A stretch of 64,000 nucleotides of DNA from an uncultured Verrucomicrobiae bacterium. Its GTDB lineage: Bacteria; Verrucomicrobiota; Verrucomicrobiia; Limisphaerales; Palsa-1400. Below are positions 1 through 9,969 of this stretch, one piece after another. The stretch lies in contig CAVXRD010000002.1 of the NCBI GenBank assembly GCA_963764165.1, forward strand, positions 2,848,001-2,912,000, written 5' to 3'. The translations under genes and the position numbers were made by a program. Every line of letters begins with the position of its first letter. The stretch's first letter is position 1. Below the pieces are notes generated by a model. That model saw only the letters and a list, made by a program, of their open reading frames with translations. It did not search any database and was not told the origin of the DNA.

Positions 1-662
1 GCCAATTGTTCGACGATCATCGAATCGAGCCGAACCACTTTCTCCGAATCGTTATGAATCGTCAGCCACTTGGCCACGACCGGAAGCCCGTCGTAAATCT
101 CGTAGTGGACTGCAACCGAGACGTTGGGGGTGTTCGATGGGGCGTGGAATACCAGTGTTGCCGCGGCGCCCGGAGGCGGCCAGGGCGCTTCGCGGCTGAG
201 CCATTCCGGGTGCGCCTGCCACGGAAATCGCGCCCGCGCGCGGCCAACCGTCATTCCGTAAAATTGAAATGCCGCCGGATTCGACGTCATCAAGCGGACG
301 CTGGCGGGATCGAGATAATTTTGAACCGGCTGTCCAAGAAGCCCGCCGATCTCAAACTTTTTCCCATCCAACTCCACGACGGCTTCGGGGCGAACGGCGC
401 GCAAAATCGATTGGCCGGTGATGAGATTATCGAAACCAACCGTCGCCGCATTAGGCGCGTTCCGGATCGTGCGGCGCACAAGGCCGTTTTCCAAAATAAG
501 ATCCCCCGTCGCCGGAATTTTCGTGGCCGTCGCGTGGAATGGCGATGGGTCAATCAGCCAATCCGGCGCCGCGTCTGTTGGAACAGATCGGAACATGAGA
601 GCGGCGGCACTCACCACAATTAATCGCGAGCTCGCGCCTCGAAGTGAAATGAATTCCGGCAT
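1..662 (-). CDS. N-terminal part of a secreted alpha-galactosidase-like (GH36-related) protein; runs off the left edge
   Basis: Absent from the ORF track (no stop in window). Manual translation from ATG 662: MPEFISLRGASSRLIVVSAAALMF...DWLIDPSPFHA...LILENGLVRRTIRNAPNAATVGFDNLITGQSILRAVRPEA...VAVHYEIYDGLPVVAKWLTIHN. Resembles N-termini of Bacteroidota/Verrucomicrobiota alpha-galactosidases from recall. Confidence 0.65.
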   Translation of the reverse strand, partial: MPEFISLRGASSRLIVVSAAALMFRSVPTDAAPDWLIDPSPFHATATKIPATGDLILENGLVRRTIRNAPNAATVGFDNLITGQSILRAVRPEAVVELDGKKFEIGGLLGQPVQNYLDPASVRLMTSNPAAFQFYGMTVGRARARFPWQAHPEWLSREAPWPPPGAAATLVFHAPSNTPNVSVAVHYEIYDGLPVVAKWLTIHNDSEKVVRLDSMIVEQL

Positions 663-832
663 TTCACATTACAATCGCCCCGCATCCGAAAAGAGCGAGG
701 AGAAACTGATGGACCGCAAACGACGGGTATAGAACAAAAATCTGGTGGTTCTCAGAGATTTGCGTGTGGTCCGTCAAACGGCGGCAAAGGGCCAGCGCGC
801 CCTCATTCTTCCCGGCCAAAAGCAAAAATAAA

Positions 833-931
833 AATTTGAACAGGAGGAAGGCCGAGGGCGCGGAGACAAAAGACTGGGCAGCGGACAAAATACGGCGCTT
901 TTCTCTGCTAGCTCGGTTTTCCTGTTTAATT
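833..931. repeat. REP-like inverted-repeat element, family C copy 1
   Basis: AATTTGAACAGGAGGAAGGCCGAGGGCGCGGAG ... CTCTGC...CCTGTTTAATT; homologous to 41275-41373. Confidence 0.7.
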
Positions 932-998
932 TCAAAACCTGACTCTGAACCAACTTGTGTTTTCCGTGACGCGAACAGATTGGCTTTGTCAAATCACC

Positions 999-2363
999 AT
1001 GGCTGAGCTTTCAAGTCGAAGGCGGCGCTTTGTTTTGAGCTTCGCAATACTTGCGGCAGCGGGCTGGTTTGCCTGGGGAATTGGCTGGCTCGCTCCCGAT
1101 TCGCCAATCCGCATTTTTTTCTTGGCCCAAGAAGTGCGCCGCGATCAATCCATCGACTGTGCGGAACAGCTTGGAGACATTGGTCCAAAGGCCCGATCAG
1201 CTATTCCAACGCTTCTTGCCGCCACGAAGGTGGATGGGTGGCTCGCCGAGAGCGCGGCTATAGCACTTTGGAAGATTGACCGGGAGACCAACGTCTTGGT
1301 TGAGGTGTTCTCCAATCGCATGGCAACTGCGACTCGATCCGAGCGCTCCGACGCATTTCTAGATTTTGCGCGCCTCGGAAGAGACCTCATGCCTGCGGCT
1401 TCCGTGGTGGAACAAGCATTGTTTGACGGCGGCGACACTCCGTTGCGGGACAATGCCGCCGCTTTCCTCAAAGAATTTGATCCGGAGCGGCTTCGCAGAG
1501 TGGAGGATCGTTTGTCCGATTCCGCTGCGGCCCTCCTTCCGCTCCACATCGCAGCGCTTCAAAGCACCAACAAATTCGCAACGGTGCATGCGGATGCCAT
1601 CAAAGCCATCCAAGCTTACGGCCCGGCGGGTGCCGACGCGATTCCCGCGCTGTTAAGCGAACTCAGGCGCTCCGGGAGAAATGGCGAGCCTCTGGGTGTT
1701 TTGCGTGCTCTGGCAGCGATGGGTCCAAAAGCTGTTGCGGCGACGCCTGATTTGGCGGTTCTGGCAGGAACTGGCAGCGATACCTGGCTCGCCAGACAGG
1801 CGCTGGCTGTTCTGGGAAGCATTGGTCCCGGCGCGTCCAATGCTCTGCCAGCGGTTGAATTCTGTTTGACAAACAGTGCCCGGCCCGAAGCCCAACTTGA
1901 TGCCGCGATCGCGTGGAGCCAGATCGATCCGAACGACAAAATGGCCATAACCGCGCTGAGGAAGTTTCAAACCAACGGCGACCCTGGCTTGTTGGATCGT
2001 GTCGATCACGATCCATCAAAAATAGACCGCCGCGAGTATTGTGTTAACAATTTATCGCAAACGAGGATGCAAGTGCAAATCCGAGCCAGCGTAGCTTTAT
2101 GGCGCTTGGGTTTGGAGCCCGAGCCGCCGCTTCCAGCGATTATGGCTGAAGCGGCTCATGACGGAGTCTGGGCCATCGAACTGTTAGGGGACATCGGCCC
2201 ACCTGCCCGCGAAGCACTCCCCATCCTTAAACTATACCTCGGAGCAAACGATGGACCTCGCTGCCAAGCCGGGATCGCCATTCTCAAGATTGACCCGGCA
2301 GAAGCCCGGCGATTGGGGTTGCCTGGCTTGATGATCGCCTGCCCGGATACCTACTTTAATTAA
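999..2363 (+). CDS. Membrane-anchored HEAT-repeat protein
   Basis: ATG 999. Basic stretch plus TM helix (RRRRFVLSFAILAAAGWFAWG), then repeated LGxIGPxAxxAIPxL HEAT/PBS-lyase-like motifs. Confidence 0.8.
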   Translation: MAELSSRRRRFVLSFAILAAAGWFAWGIGWLAPDSPIRIFFLAQEVRRDQSIDCAEQLGDIGPKARSAIPTLLAATKVDGWLAESAAIALWKIDRETNVLVEVFSNRMATATRSERSDAFLDFARLGRDLMPAASVVEQALFDGGDTPLRDNAAAFLKEFDPERLRRVEDRLSDSAAALLPLHIAALQSTNKFATVHADAIKAIQAYGPAGADAIPALLSELRRSGRNGEPLGVLRALAAMGPKAVAATPDLAVLAGTGSDTWLARQALAVLGSIGPGASNALPAVEFCLTNSARPEAQLDAAIAWSQIDPNDKMAITALRKFQTNGDPGLLDRVDHDPSKIDRREYCVNNLSQTRMQVQIRASVALWRLGLEPEPPLPAIMAEAAHDGVWAIELLGDIGPPAREALPILKLYLGANDGPRCQAGIAILKIDPAEARRLGLPGLMIACPDTYFN

Positions 2364-2398
2364 CTGAACGAGCAGTGTCGCTCCGGGGAACGCTTCCT

Positions 2399-5224
2399 TT
2401 ACTCCACCGTTCTTCCGGCCGCGTTGGTGGAAACCAGGCGGTAGAACATCATGGGGGTGGTTGGCTGGCCGGTGAGCAGATTGCTGCCGCCTGCCGTCGT
2501 GATCCCGTTGCTCACCACTGTCCAGCTTGCGCGGTCGCTCAGGTTGCTGGTTTCTTCCAGGATCAAATTCGCGGGCCAGCTCAAGGATAATGTGCCTGCG
2601 CTGCTGCCGGCGGCGGGCGCTGTCAGGCTGATGGCCGGGCCGTTGGGGGCCATGGTTTGGCCGCCGCCCGCCACATGCGCGGTGGTGCCGTTCAAGACGT
2701 TGTAATCGGGGCCAAATTCCCAGGTCGTTCCCGCGCTGTCGGTGGCGGTGGCGCTCAAGTAGCTGCCGGTTGGCACCGCCACCGGCAGGGTCACGGTGAA
2801 ACTCACCTGGCCGGTGGCGCCGGTGGCGATGTTGGTGGCTCCCAAATAGGTTATGCCTTCGCCATAGCCGGTGGGGTCGGCGGCGCGGTTGAGGTAGAAT
2901 TGCACGTAGAAGTGGCCGTTGACGTAGGTGCTCATCCCGGCCTGGATGGTGGTGCTGTTGGTCGGCACCGGCACAAACGGCGCGCCCAGGGTCGGGAGGC
3001 CCGAGCCGGGGGCCGGGTTGTTGCTCTGGCCGTTCCAGGCGGTGTTGCTGCTGGTGCTGGCTACGCTGGTGATGGTCACCAGGTTGGTGATGGTTTCTCC
3101 CGCCAGGTTGATGACGATGCCCCAGCCGGCGTTGGAGAAAATGCTGTTGCCCTGGATGAAGTTGCCCACGCATCCGGCCCGCACCCGCACGCCGTCATAC
3201 TGCGCGGTCAGGGCGTAGCCAATGTGGTTGGCCGCAAAATAGTTGGTGCCTCCGACCAGGTTGTTGCTGGCGGTGTCCAACAAATCAATGTTGTGCCATT
3301 GGTTGCCCAGCGGGCTGACGCCGTCGGCCTGGAGGCCGATGTAGTTGCCCTGGATGGTGTTGTTGTTGGCCCCGGGGTCGCCGATCGAGATGCCTTCCTC
3401 GCTGTTGCCGGAAACCACGTTGCCTTGGCCCGGGGCCGAGCCGCCGATCAGGTTGCCGCCCGAGCTGTAGGAATAGATGCCGCCCTGCAGGTTGCCCACC
3501 GCGTGTGTGCCGGTGAGGTCAGTGCCGACGTAATTGCCCTGGATGACGGTGCCTGCGGTGGCCGCTCCGTTCAAGCTGATGCCGCTGACGCCGTTGCCGG
3601 AGATGATGTTGCGGGCCAGGTCGTTGCTCCCGCCAATCACGTTGCCGGGCGCATTGGTCAGGGCGATGCCGGAATAGGCGTTGGACACCGCCGTTTTTCC
3701 CGCCGCGTCGGTGCCGATCAGGTTGCCTTCGATCACATTGCCCGAGACGCCGATGACGAAGATGCCGTTGGCCCCGTTGCCGGAGATGAGGTTGCCCAAG
3801 CCGGGGATGACCCCGCCCACCGTGTTGCCGGAGGCCGCCAGGTAAATGCCTGCCGCGCTGTTGGGCATCGCCTTTTCCCCGGTGGCATTGACCCCGATGC
3901 TGTTTCCTTCAATGACGTTGCCGGTGGCGCTGCTGGCCAGCACCAGGCCGTTGCCGGTGTTGCCGGAAATGAGGTTGCCGGGGCCCACCACGTTGGAGAT
4001 CCCGCCCACGATCTCCACCCCGCCCAAGGTGTTGGGCAGCGGGTTGGCTCCCGCGGCGCTGGCGCCAATGTCATTTCCCTCAATGCTGTTGCCGATGGAG
4101 GCCGAATAGACCAGCACCCCAAATTGCTTGTTGCCCGAAATGACGTTGCCCCCGCCCAGCACGTTGCTGGAGGCGGCGTTGAAGGTCACCCCGTTGGTTT
4201 GGTTGGGCAGCGCGATTTTCCCGGTGGCGTCGGCGCCAATATAATTTCCGCTGATGACATTGTTGGTCGAGAGCGCTGTCCAGATGTAAACCCCGCTGTC
4301 GCCGTTGCCCGAAAGCACGTTGCTGGTGATGGTGGTATAGGCGGCCCCGTTGAGCGTGATGCCGTCCGCCCCATTGGCCAGCGCCGCGCCGCCGTTGGAG
4401 CTGACCCCGATGTAATTGCCCGCCACCGCGTTGCTCAGGGTCGGGCCGCTCAAAAAGTAAACCCCGCTCTGGCCGTTGCCGGAGATGACGTTGCCGGGGC
4501 CAATCAGGTTGGAGGAAGCCGTGGCCACTTCAAAGCCGTTGTAAACATTGCTCAGCGCCACCGTCCCGGTGGCATCGGTCCCGATGAAATTGCCCGAAAT
4601 GACATTGCCCGCCGTCCCCGCGGTGTAGAGATAGACGCCATTCTGGTTCCCGCCCGAAATGACATTGCGCGCCGCCGGCGTCGAGCCGCCAATCAGGTTG
4701 CCCGCCGAACCCATCACCATCAACCCGCCCTCCCCGTTGGCCCGGGCCACCGTGCCGGTGGGATCGGTGCCCAGGAAATTGCCCTGGATCACATTGCTCC
4801 CCAGCGATTGCAGCCGGATGGCGTCGCGCGGGCAGCGATTGATGGCCAGCCCCTTGACCGTGCTGCCGCCCGCCAAAATCAGCAGCCCATCCGTCTGCGA
4901 GGGCAGGCTCGAGCCATTGATCTCAATCAGCGGCTTGCCCGCATAGCCAAGCTGCGAGGTGCCGTCAATAACGACCGGGTCATTGACCGTTGGCAGCGCC
5001 GACAGCGGCGTGATGGTAAAGGGCGCCGTCCCAATGATCTCAAACTCGATGGTGTCCAAACCCGGATTGGCATTGGCATCCAGCAGCGCCTGGCGGAGCG
5101 ACCCCGGCCCGCTGTCAGCCGTGGTGAGCACGGGAAAAATCGAGGCTTGCAGCGGCACAGCCGCCAGCAGGGAAAGAAAGGCCGCACCGCCGCCAAACAC
5201 AACAGAACCGGGGAAAAGCTTCAT
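2399..5224 (-). CDS. Secreted right-handed parallel beta-helix repeat protein with C-terminal small beta-domain
   Basis: Signal peptide, VxTTADSGPGSLRQALLDAN start, many GNxISGN / GNxIGTDxTGxxAxxN repeats, C-terminal LSWP...LEETSNL...W...FYRLV. Likely start ATG 5224. Confidence 0.85.
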   Translation of the reverse strand: MKLFPGSVVFGGGAAFLSLLAAVPLQASIFPVLTTADSGPGSLRQALLDANANPGLDTIEFEIIGTAPFTITPLSALPTVNDPVVIDGTSQLGYAGKPLIEINGSSLPSQTDGLLILAGGSTVKGLAINRCPRDAIRLQSLGSNVIQGNFLGTDPTGTVARANGEGGLMVMGSAGNLIGGSTPAARNVISGGNQNGVYLYTAGTAGNVISGNFIGTDATGTVALSNVYNGFEVATASSNLIGPGNVISGNGQSGVYFLSGPTLSNAVAGNYIGVSSNGGAALANGADGITLNGAAYTTITSNVLSGNGDSGVYIWTALSTNNVISGNYIGADATGKIALPNQTNGVTFNAASSNVLGGGNVISGNKQFGVLVYSASIGNSIEGNDIGASAAGANPLPNTLGGVEIVGGISNVVGPGNLISGNTGNGLVLASSATGNVIEGNSIGVNATGEKAMPNSAAGIYLAASGNTVGGVIPGLGNLISGNGANGIFVIGVSGNVIEGNLIGTDAAGKTAVSNAYSGIALTNAPGNVIGGSNDLARNIISGNGVSGISLNGAATAGTVIQGNYVGTDLTGTHAVGNLQGGIYSYSSGGNLIGGSAPGQGNVVSGNSEEGISIGDPGANNNTIQGNYIGLQADGVSPLGNQWHNIDLLDTASNNLVGGTNYFAANHIGYALTAQYDGVRVRAGCVGNFIQGNSIFSNAGWGIVINLAGETITNLVTITSVASTSSNTAWNGQSNNPAPGSGLPTLGAPFVPVPTNSTTIQAGMSTYVNGHFYVQFYLNRAADPTGYGEGITYLGATNIATGATGQVSFTVTLPVAVPTGSYLSATATDSAGTTWEFGPDYNVLNGTTAHVAGGGQTMAPNGPAISLTAPAAGSSAGTLSLSWPANLILEETSNLSDRASWTVVSNGITTAGGSNLLTGQPTTPMMFYRLVSTNAAGRTVE

Positions 5225-5392
5225 GGCAAAAGAATAGATTGGAGAATAGATTGGGCCCCCAAGGGCGCCTCCGGCGCAGGCAAACGCAGCCGAGCCGGAC
5301 AGCCCAAAGGACAGCTCCAACTAAAAGCCCAAACAGGGCGAAACGTCCAGCCAAAAGGCGCAAAAAGCACAAAAAATAAATCAAGTTCACCC

Positions 5393-5420
5393 TTGACTCT
5401 TCCGATCAGACAGGTAGGAT
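5393..5420 (+). promoter_or_regulatory. Putative sigma70 promoter for the 5479 gene
   Basis: TTGACT-N16-TAGGAT in an AT-rich divergent intergenic region. Confidence 0.5.
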
Positions 5421-5478
5421 GCGTACGTTAGAAGTAGCGTATCTTAAGCCAAAATAATTGAAAAACTAACTACTGAAT

Positions 5479-6339
5479 ATGAACAACAAGTTTATGACCA
5501 TGATCAGCACCGTGACGCTGATCTCTGGCCTGACAATCAGCCCGGCGGCCCTTGCGCTGGACACAGCCCAAGTCAGCCGCGCCCTGGCCGGTTCGACCGT
5601 GCTGGAGCTGCCTGTCAAAGCGGCCAGCCTGGTAAGCCAAGCCACGCCTGCGGAACAGAGCCCGATGGCAGCCGCCGCCGTCAAAGCCGCGCTGAGCATC
5701 AGCCCCTCCGCAACCGTGTCTGTGGTTTCGGCCATGTCCCGGCAAACTCCCTCGACGGCCCCCGTGGTGGCCGCGACCGCCAGCGCGATGCAGCATCGCC
5801 GTTTGGCCGAGATTGCCAAGGCCGCATCAACCGCCGCCCCCGCCCAGGCCGCCGAAATCGTCTCGGCCCTGATCAGGCAATATCCGCAGGACTACGGCGT
5901 CATCGCCAAAGCCGCTGCCGAAGGCGCCCCGATTTTCAGCCGCCAGATCCTGGCGGCGGTGGGAGAACAAATCCCCGCCCTGAAGAAGTCCATCCAGGCC
6001 GCCGCCGCCCGCACCGCTGAGAAGACCAGCCCGGCCGACGTGCAAGGCATCCTGACGGAGAGCTACAACGAAGCCTTGACCTCCGGCATCAGCGTGACAC
6101 CGATGCTCCTGGTGGCCAACACCGGAACGCCCGCCGCCGCCGTTGCCGCCGCCCCGCTCATCAGCGTCGGCGCCCCGACGATCTCTGGCGGAGCGCCCAT
6201 CACCGGCCCGCAAGTAAGCCCCGCGGTGGCGCCGCCCGTATTGGGCCCGCCCTTCACCCCGACGCCCGGCCCGGCCGTCATCTACACACCCGGCGACGCG
6301 ACCCAAGGCCCCGGCCCCGGCCGCTACGGCTCGCCGTAG
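5479..6339 (+). CDS. Secreted Ala-rich repeat protein with Pro-rich C-terminus, function unknown
   Basis: Signal peptide (..SPAALA), AAxxAPxxAxxIV helical repeats, GPPFTPTPGP tail; strong codon bias. Confidence 0.8.
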   Translation: MNNKFMTMISTVTLISGLTISPAALALDTAQVSRALAGSTVLELPVKAASLVSQATPAEQSPMAAAAVKAALSISPSATVSVVSAMSRQTPSTAPVVAATASAMQHRRLAEIAKAASTAAPAQAAEIVSALIRQYPQDYGVIAKAAAEGAPIFSRQILAAVGEQIPALKKSIQAAAARTAEKTSPADVQGILTESYNEALTSGISVTPMLLVANTGTPAAAVAAAPLISVGAPTISGGAPITGPQVSPAVAPPVLGPPFTPTPGPAVIYTPGDATQGPGPGRYGSP

Positions 6340-6399
6340 ACTTCAAGTTCGAGTTGAACTTGAGACCACGACAGAACCACGCTTAAAGAACGCTTTTGA

Positions 6400-6437
6400 A
6401 AGGGCGAAGCAGAAATGCTTCGCCCTTGTTGTTGTTT
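6400..6437. terminator. Intrinsic terminator, probably bidirectional
   Basis: AAGGGCGAAGCA-GAAA-TGCTTCGCCCTT perfect 12-bp stem followed by a U-rich tail, between convergent genes. Confidence 0.8.
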
Positions 6438-6444
6438 AGCCACC

Positions 6445-6678
6445 TCACTTTGGCGCAGGCGGCAGGCGCCGCAGCATCCAATGATGTGGGCGTTTGCGCG
6501 CCCCGCTGGCGAAGGCCAGAAAAACTTTGGCTGCATTCATAATGTTGTCGGGGATTTCCTCCTCTGGAATCAGGCTGGCCATGTGGACGATTAACTGCGC
6601 CTCGTTGGTTTTGTGGCTGAAGTCCTGGGCCAGCGACCCCACCCAGACAAACGCCATGAACTGTTCTTTTTTCGACAT
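6445..6678 (-). CDS. Small hypothetical protein
   Basis: ORF MSKKEQFMAFVWVGSLAQDF... ending at the terminator; start uncertain, no recognisable motif. Confidence 0.45.
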   Translation of the reverse strand: MSKKEQFMAFVWVGSLAQDFSHKTNEAQLIVHMASLIPEEEIPDNIMNAAKVFLAFASGARKRPHHWMLRRLPPAPK

Positions 6679-6797
6679 ACCGGACCCTCTCACATACTTT
6701 CCGCACATCCTGAACCCTGACCTTGGACATATTCTGTCTATGTGAATAACTTTTCCAATTCGTTTGGATTTTTCAAGGGAGGAGCGGCAGACTTGCG

Positions 6798-7382
6798 GTG
6801 ACAATTGTGCTCATTGCCTTCAATAAACCGTACGGTGTCCTGTCGCAATTCACCGCGGACGGCTCCGCCAACCGCACGCTCAAGGAATTCCAATTCCCAC
6901 CCAGCGTTTATCCGATCGGCCGCCTCGATGCGGATTCGGAGGGATTGCTTTTGCTGAGCGACGAAGCGGCATTAAACGCCCGCTTGCTGCACCCGCGCCA
7001 AAGCCATCGGCGGATTTATTGGGCGCAAGTTGAAGGCTCGCCGCAGCCGGAGCAGATGAGGCAATTATCGCGCGGCGTCCTTTTGCAGGGACGAAAAACG
7101 TTGCCCTGCGCAGCGCGAATCCTCGAACCGCAGCCCGTCGTCCCGCCGCGCGACCCGCCCATCCGATTTCGCAAAACCGTGCCGGACGCGTGGATTGAAT
7201 TGGAGCTGGTCGAGGGCAAAAATCGCCAAGTCCGCCGCATGACCGCCGCCGTGGGATTGCCAACGCTGAGATTGATGCGCGTGCGCATTGGGAATTTCGA
7301 ACTCGCGGGAATAGCGGCAGGAACTTGGCAGAAACTCGGCCCGCAAGGACGCGCCGACGTTCTTGCGCATGGTGATTCGTGA
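6798..7382 (+). CDS. rluE: RsuA-family rRNA pseudouridine synthase (RluE-like)
   Basis: FNKPYGVLSQF, GRLDADSEGLLLL (catalytic Asp), EGKNRQVRRMTAAVGLPTLRLMR. Confidence 0.9.
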   Translation: MTIVLIAFNKPYGVLSQFTADGSANRTLKEFQFPPSVYPIGRLDADSEGLLLLSDEAALNARLLHPRQSHRRIYWAQVEGSPQPEQMRQLSRGVLLQGRKTLPCAARILEPQPVVPPRDPPIRFRKTVPDAWIELELVEGKNRQVRRMTAAVGLPTLRLMRVRIGNFELAGIAAGTWQKLGPQGRADVLAHGDS

Positions 7383-7628
7383 TCCAGCGAATCGGTAATT
7401 GGTGCTCAATCGCAACGCGCTGGAGTTCGTCAATAAGTTCAGTGCCAAGATAAATTCCCAATTTCAAGCGGTTGTCGAACTCGATCTGGCGCATCTCACT
7501 TTTTAGCAGCGCCGCAGGCGCGAAATTTTTGTAGCACACCGCTCCTTTGAAATCCAAGCCTCGTAGAGGCGACACCTATTATAGTGAACGCCAACGCCAT
7601 CCTGATAATTCGCCGCCTCGCGGCATTC

Positions 7629-9038
7629 TTACCTTCCGCCGAGATAAAATTTGCGGATCGTATTGATGGCCTCCATCTGTCCTGGATTGATTTGCAGGTA
7701 GGTGTCAAGCGCGGCATTGGCATCGCCAATTCGGCCTTGCTGGGCCAGCAATTGGGCCAGGCCTTGGACGGCGTCGGTGCAATTGGGGGAAATGTCCAAC
7801 GCCGTTTGGTAGGCTTGCTCGGCTTGGTCGGGAAAATGGCTGCTGGCCAGCAGAATTCCCTGTGAGGCGGCGTCATGCGCAAAAGCCAGCAGCGTTTCGC
7901 CGGACATCTCCGCATCCAAATTACCGTGAAGATTCTGCGCCTGTTCCATCCAATAGTTGACAACTTGGTCGGCTGTATCCGAGGTGATGGCGGGTGCGCC
8001 ATCCGCCGCGGCATTCAAAGCGAAGATCGGGCCCAGCGGCGCGGCGCCTGGATAGGTGGAAGGCAGTGGAAAGGATTGCTGCAGCCCAAAAGAAGCGCCG
8101 GGATTTTGTTGCAGCAAATCTTGCATCAGAAGGTTGTTGATGGCCATCACGGCCACCTGGCCGGAGACGGTGACCTTTCCGTCCACTTCAGTCACATTTT
8201 CGCCGGGTTGCATTTGAGGCGGCTCGTTGGGAAATTGCTGGTCATGCTCGAGGCGAGCCTTGGCGTCGGCGGTGTATTGGTTAAAGGCCGCTTCCTGATC
8301 AGCCTGGGTCGGAATATTCAAGAGGCCGTCGTTGACCACTCGCAAGTAATCAAGATAGCTGCTGTCGGCCAGGGCATTTTGAGTCAATACAATGTGTTGC
8401 TCGCCGTCGCTTGTCGCATTGAGCATATTGGGGATAAAGAGGCCTGCGTCGGTGCCGCCGACGTAAACCATGTTGGGCTGCAACGCGGTGAGAATTCCAT
8501 TGCCGTAATCTAATAATGGCTGGGCGGGCCAGAGGCGGGTTTGTTCCGCCGCGCCGTAGGCCTCTTGAATCGGGCGCCAAAATTGGCGCAGCGTTTCATC
8601 TCGCGGCGCGGAAGAATAATCACCGTCCCTCAGCGATTTGAAAAGCCGCTGCGTCTCCTCCCAATTTCCCGCATCCAACGCATCAAAAAACCGCTCCATG
8701 TCCGATGGGACTTTCCTACCGTAGTGATCCGCCAATTTGTGGAGCAGCGCCCGCTGTTTGACGGAGAATCTGGCCAGCCGCCGCGCGACGATTTCCTCGG
8801 CCGAGGGAGCCGCGCTCGCGGTTTTCCCGGCATGCATGGAGGGCGGCGCCGCTTTAATTTCGCGCGAAGAAGACACGGAGCCAGCGCGGGCTGAGCCGGT
8901 TCTTTCTTCGATCTCCGTCGCCGGATGCCCGCCTGGACTCAATCGGACAATACATAAAAGCAAGACGCCGCCCGCCGCCAGGAGGAGCAATCCGGCGCGA
9001 TAGCGGTTTTTGGGCGAGCTTGGGATGCAAGTTATCAC
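7629..9038 (-). CDS. Membrane-anchored periplasmic protein with C-terminal TPR; resembles the soluble part of DUF2723 proteins
   Basis: N-terminal TM; GGTDAGLF, LTQNALADSSYLDYLR and VSGQVAVMAIN motifs; TPR (QAEQAYQTALDISP...). Start uncertain (GTG 9038 or 9095). Confidence 0.7.
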   Translation of the reverse strand: MITCIPSSPKNRYRAGLLLLAAGGVLLLCIVRLSPGGHPATEIEERTGSARAGSVSSSREIKAAPPSMHAGKTASAAPSAEEIVARRLARFSVKQRALLHKLADHYGRKVPSDMERFFDALDAGNWEETQRLFKSLRDGDYSSAPRDETLRQFWRPIQEAYGAAEQTRLWPAQPLLDYGNGILTALQPNMVYVGGTDAGLFIPNMLNATSDGEQHIVLTQNALADSSYLDYLRVVNDGLLNIPTQADQEAAFNQYTADAKARLEHDQQFPNEPPQMQPGENVTEVDGKVTVSGQVAVMAINNLLMQDLLQQNPGASFGLQQSFPLPSTYPGAAPLGPIFALNAAADGAPAITSDTADQVVNYWMEQAQNLHGNLDAEMSGETLLAFAHDAASQGILLASSHFPDQAEQAYQTALDISPNCTDAVQGLAQLLAQQGRIGDANAALDTYLQINPGQMEAINTIRKFYLGGR

Positions 9039-9243
9039 ACTTGGATTGACACCACGCCTTGCGGATTTGTATGCACGGCCACGAACACAAGGCACCGGAG
9101 CTACCTATCTATGAACGTAGACACTCGTTGCCACACGACTTTGAGGAAAGGAAGGTATTGTGAATAATTTGCCGCACACCCGATGGGCCTTTTATTGCGA
9201 TTTTTTTCTGTTCTTTCAAAGTGATTGTCAGTAGAAATGGCAC

Positions 9244-9969
9244 GTGGCTTCGGAAACCGATCAAAGTGTCGTTTACAGCATTTGGGCAGCGGACAACGTT
9301 GTCTACGGGCCTGTCGAGCTGCCTATGTTAATTAGCTGGGTCAAGGATGAGCGCGTCCTGGCGGATACGTGGGTCTTCGATTGCCAGAACGATCGCTGGC
9401 GAAAAGCGGGCGGCCTGTCAGAACTCGCCATGTTTTTTCGCAAGAGGAATGAGTCACCCAACGCTTCCACCGCATTGAAGGAAGAACTAGCGTCTGCCGA
9501 GGCGCTCATTACGCCCGGCATGTTGCGCCGGGTCAAAGCCCTGGCGGAACTCAATGATGAGCAGCTCCTGCGGTTCGTTTCGTTCATGGAAGCGCAAAAC
9601 GTCCGGCAATGGACTCAAATCGTCAAGCAGGGCGATCCCGACGACGGCATGTTTTTGGTGCTTGAAGGCGAATTGCGCGTGCGCCTGCTCATCGGCGGCA
9701 AGGAGACAATTCTCGCCACTTTGGGTCCGGGCGAATGCTTCGGGGAAATCGCGCTATTCGACCAGGGGCCGCGCTCGGCCGATGTCATCGCCAACCGCGA
9801 CAGCGTTTTGTTGAAAGTGACGACCGAGGCATTTGACAGGCTTCGCCGTGAAGCGCCCGAGCTTTCCGCTCCGATACTTTTCGCCATCAGCAAGACACTG
9901 GCCGCCCGCATTCGCGCCGATAACAAGCGCATAAAGGATTCGATCAATTTCAGCAGAGCCGCCACCTAA
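9244..9969 (+). CDS. GYF_2-like domain plus cyclic-nucleotide-binding domain protein (no HTH)
   Basis: N-terminal VYGPVELPMLISWVKDERV..TWV..W; cNMP fold GECFGEIALFDQGPRSADV. Confidence 0.85.
   Translation: MASETDQSVVYSIWAADNVVYGPVELPMLISWVKDERVLADTWVFDCQNDRWRKAGGLSELAMFFRKRNESPNASTALKEELASAEALITPGMLRRVKALAELNDEQLLRFVSFMEAQNVRQWTQIVKQGDPDDGMFLVLEGELRVRLLIGGKETILATLGPGECFGEIALFDQGPRSADVIANRDSVLLKVTTEAFDRLRREAPELSAPILFAISKTLAARIRADNKRIKDSINFSRAAT

Noticed and set aside
6..732. Plus-strand ORFs 6-623 and 418-732
   Set aside because: They overlap the real minus-strand gene that starts at 662.
2657..5431. 924-aa plus-strand ORF
   Set aside because: Antisense shadow of the GC-rich beta-helix gene; no motifs.
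7369..7506. Short protein-like remnant after rluE
   Set aside because: It has an internal stop and is too short to assign to a family.
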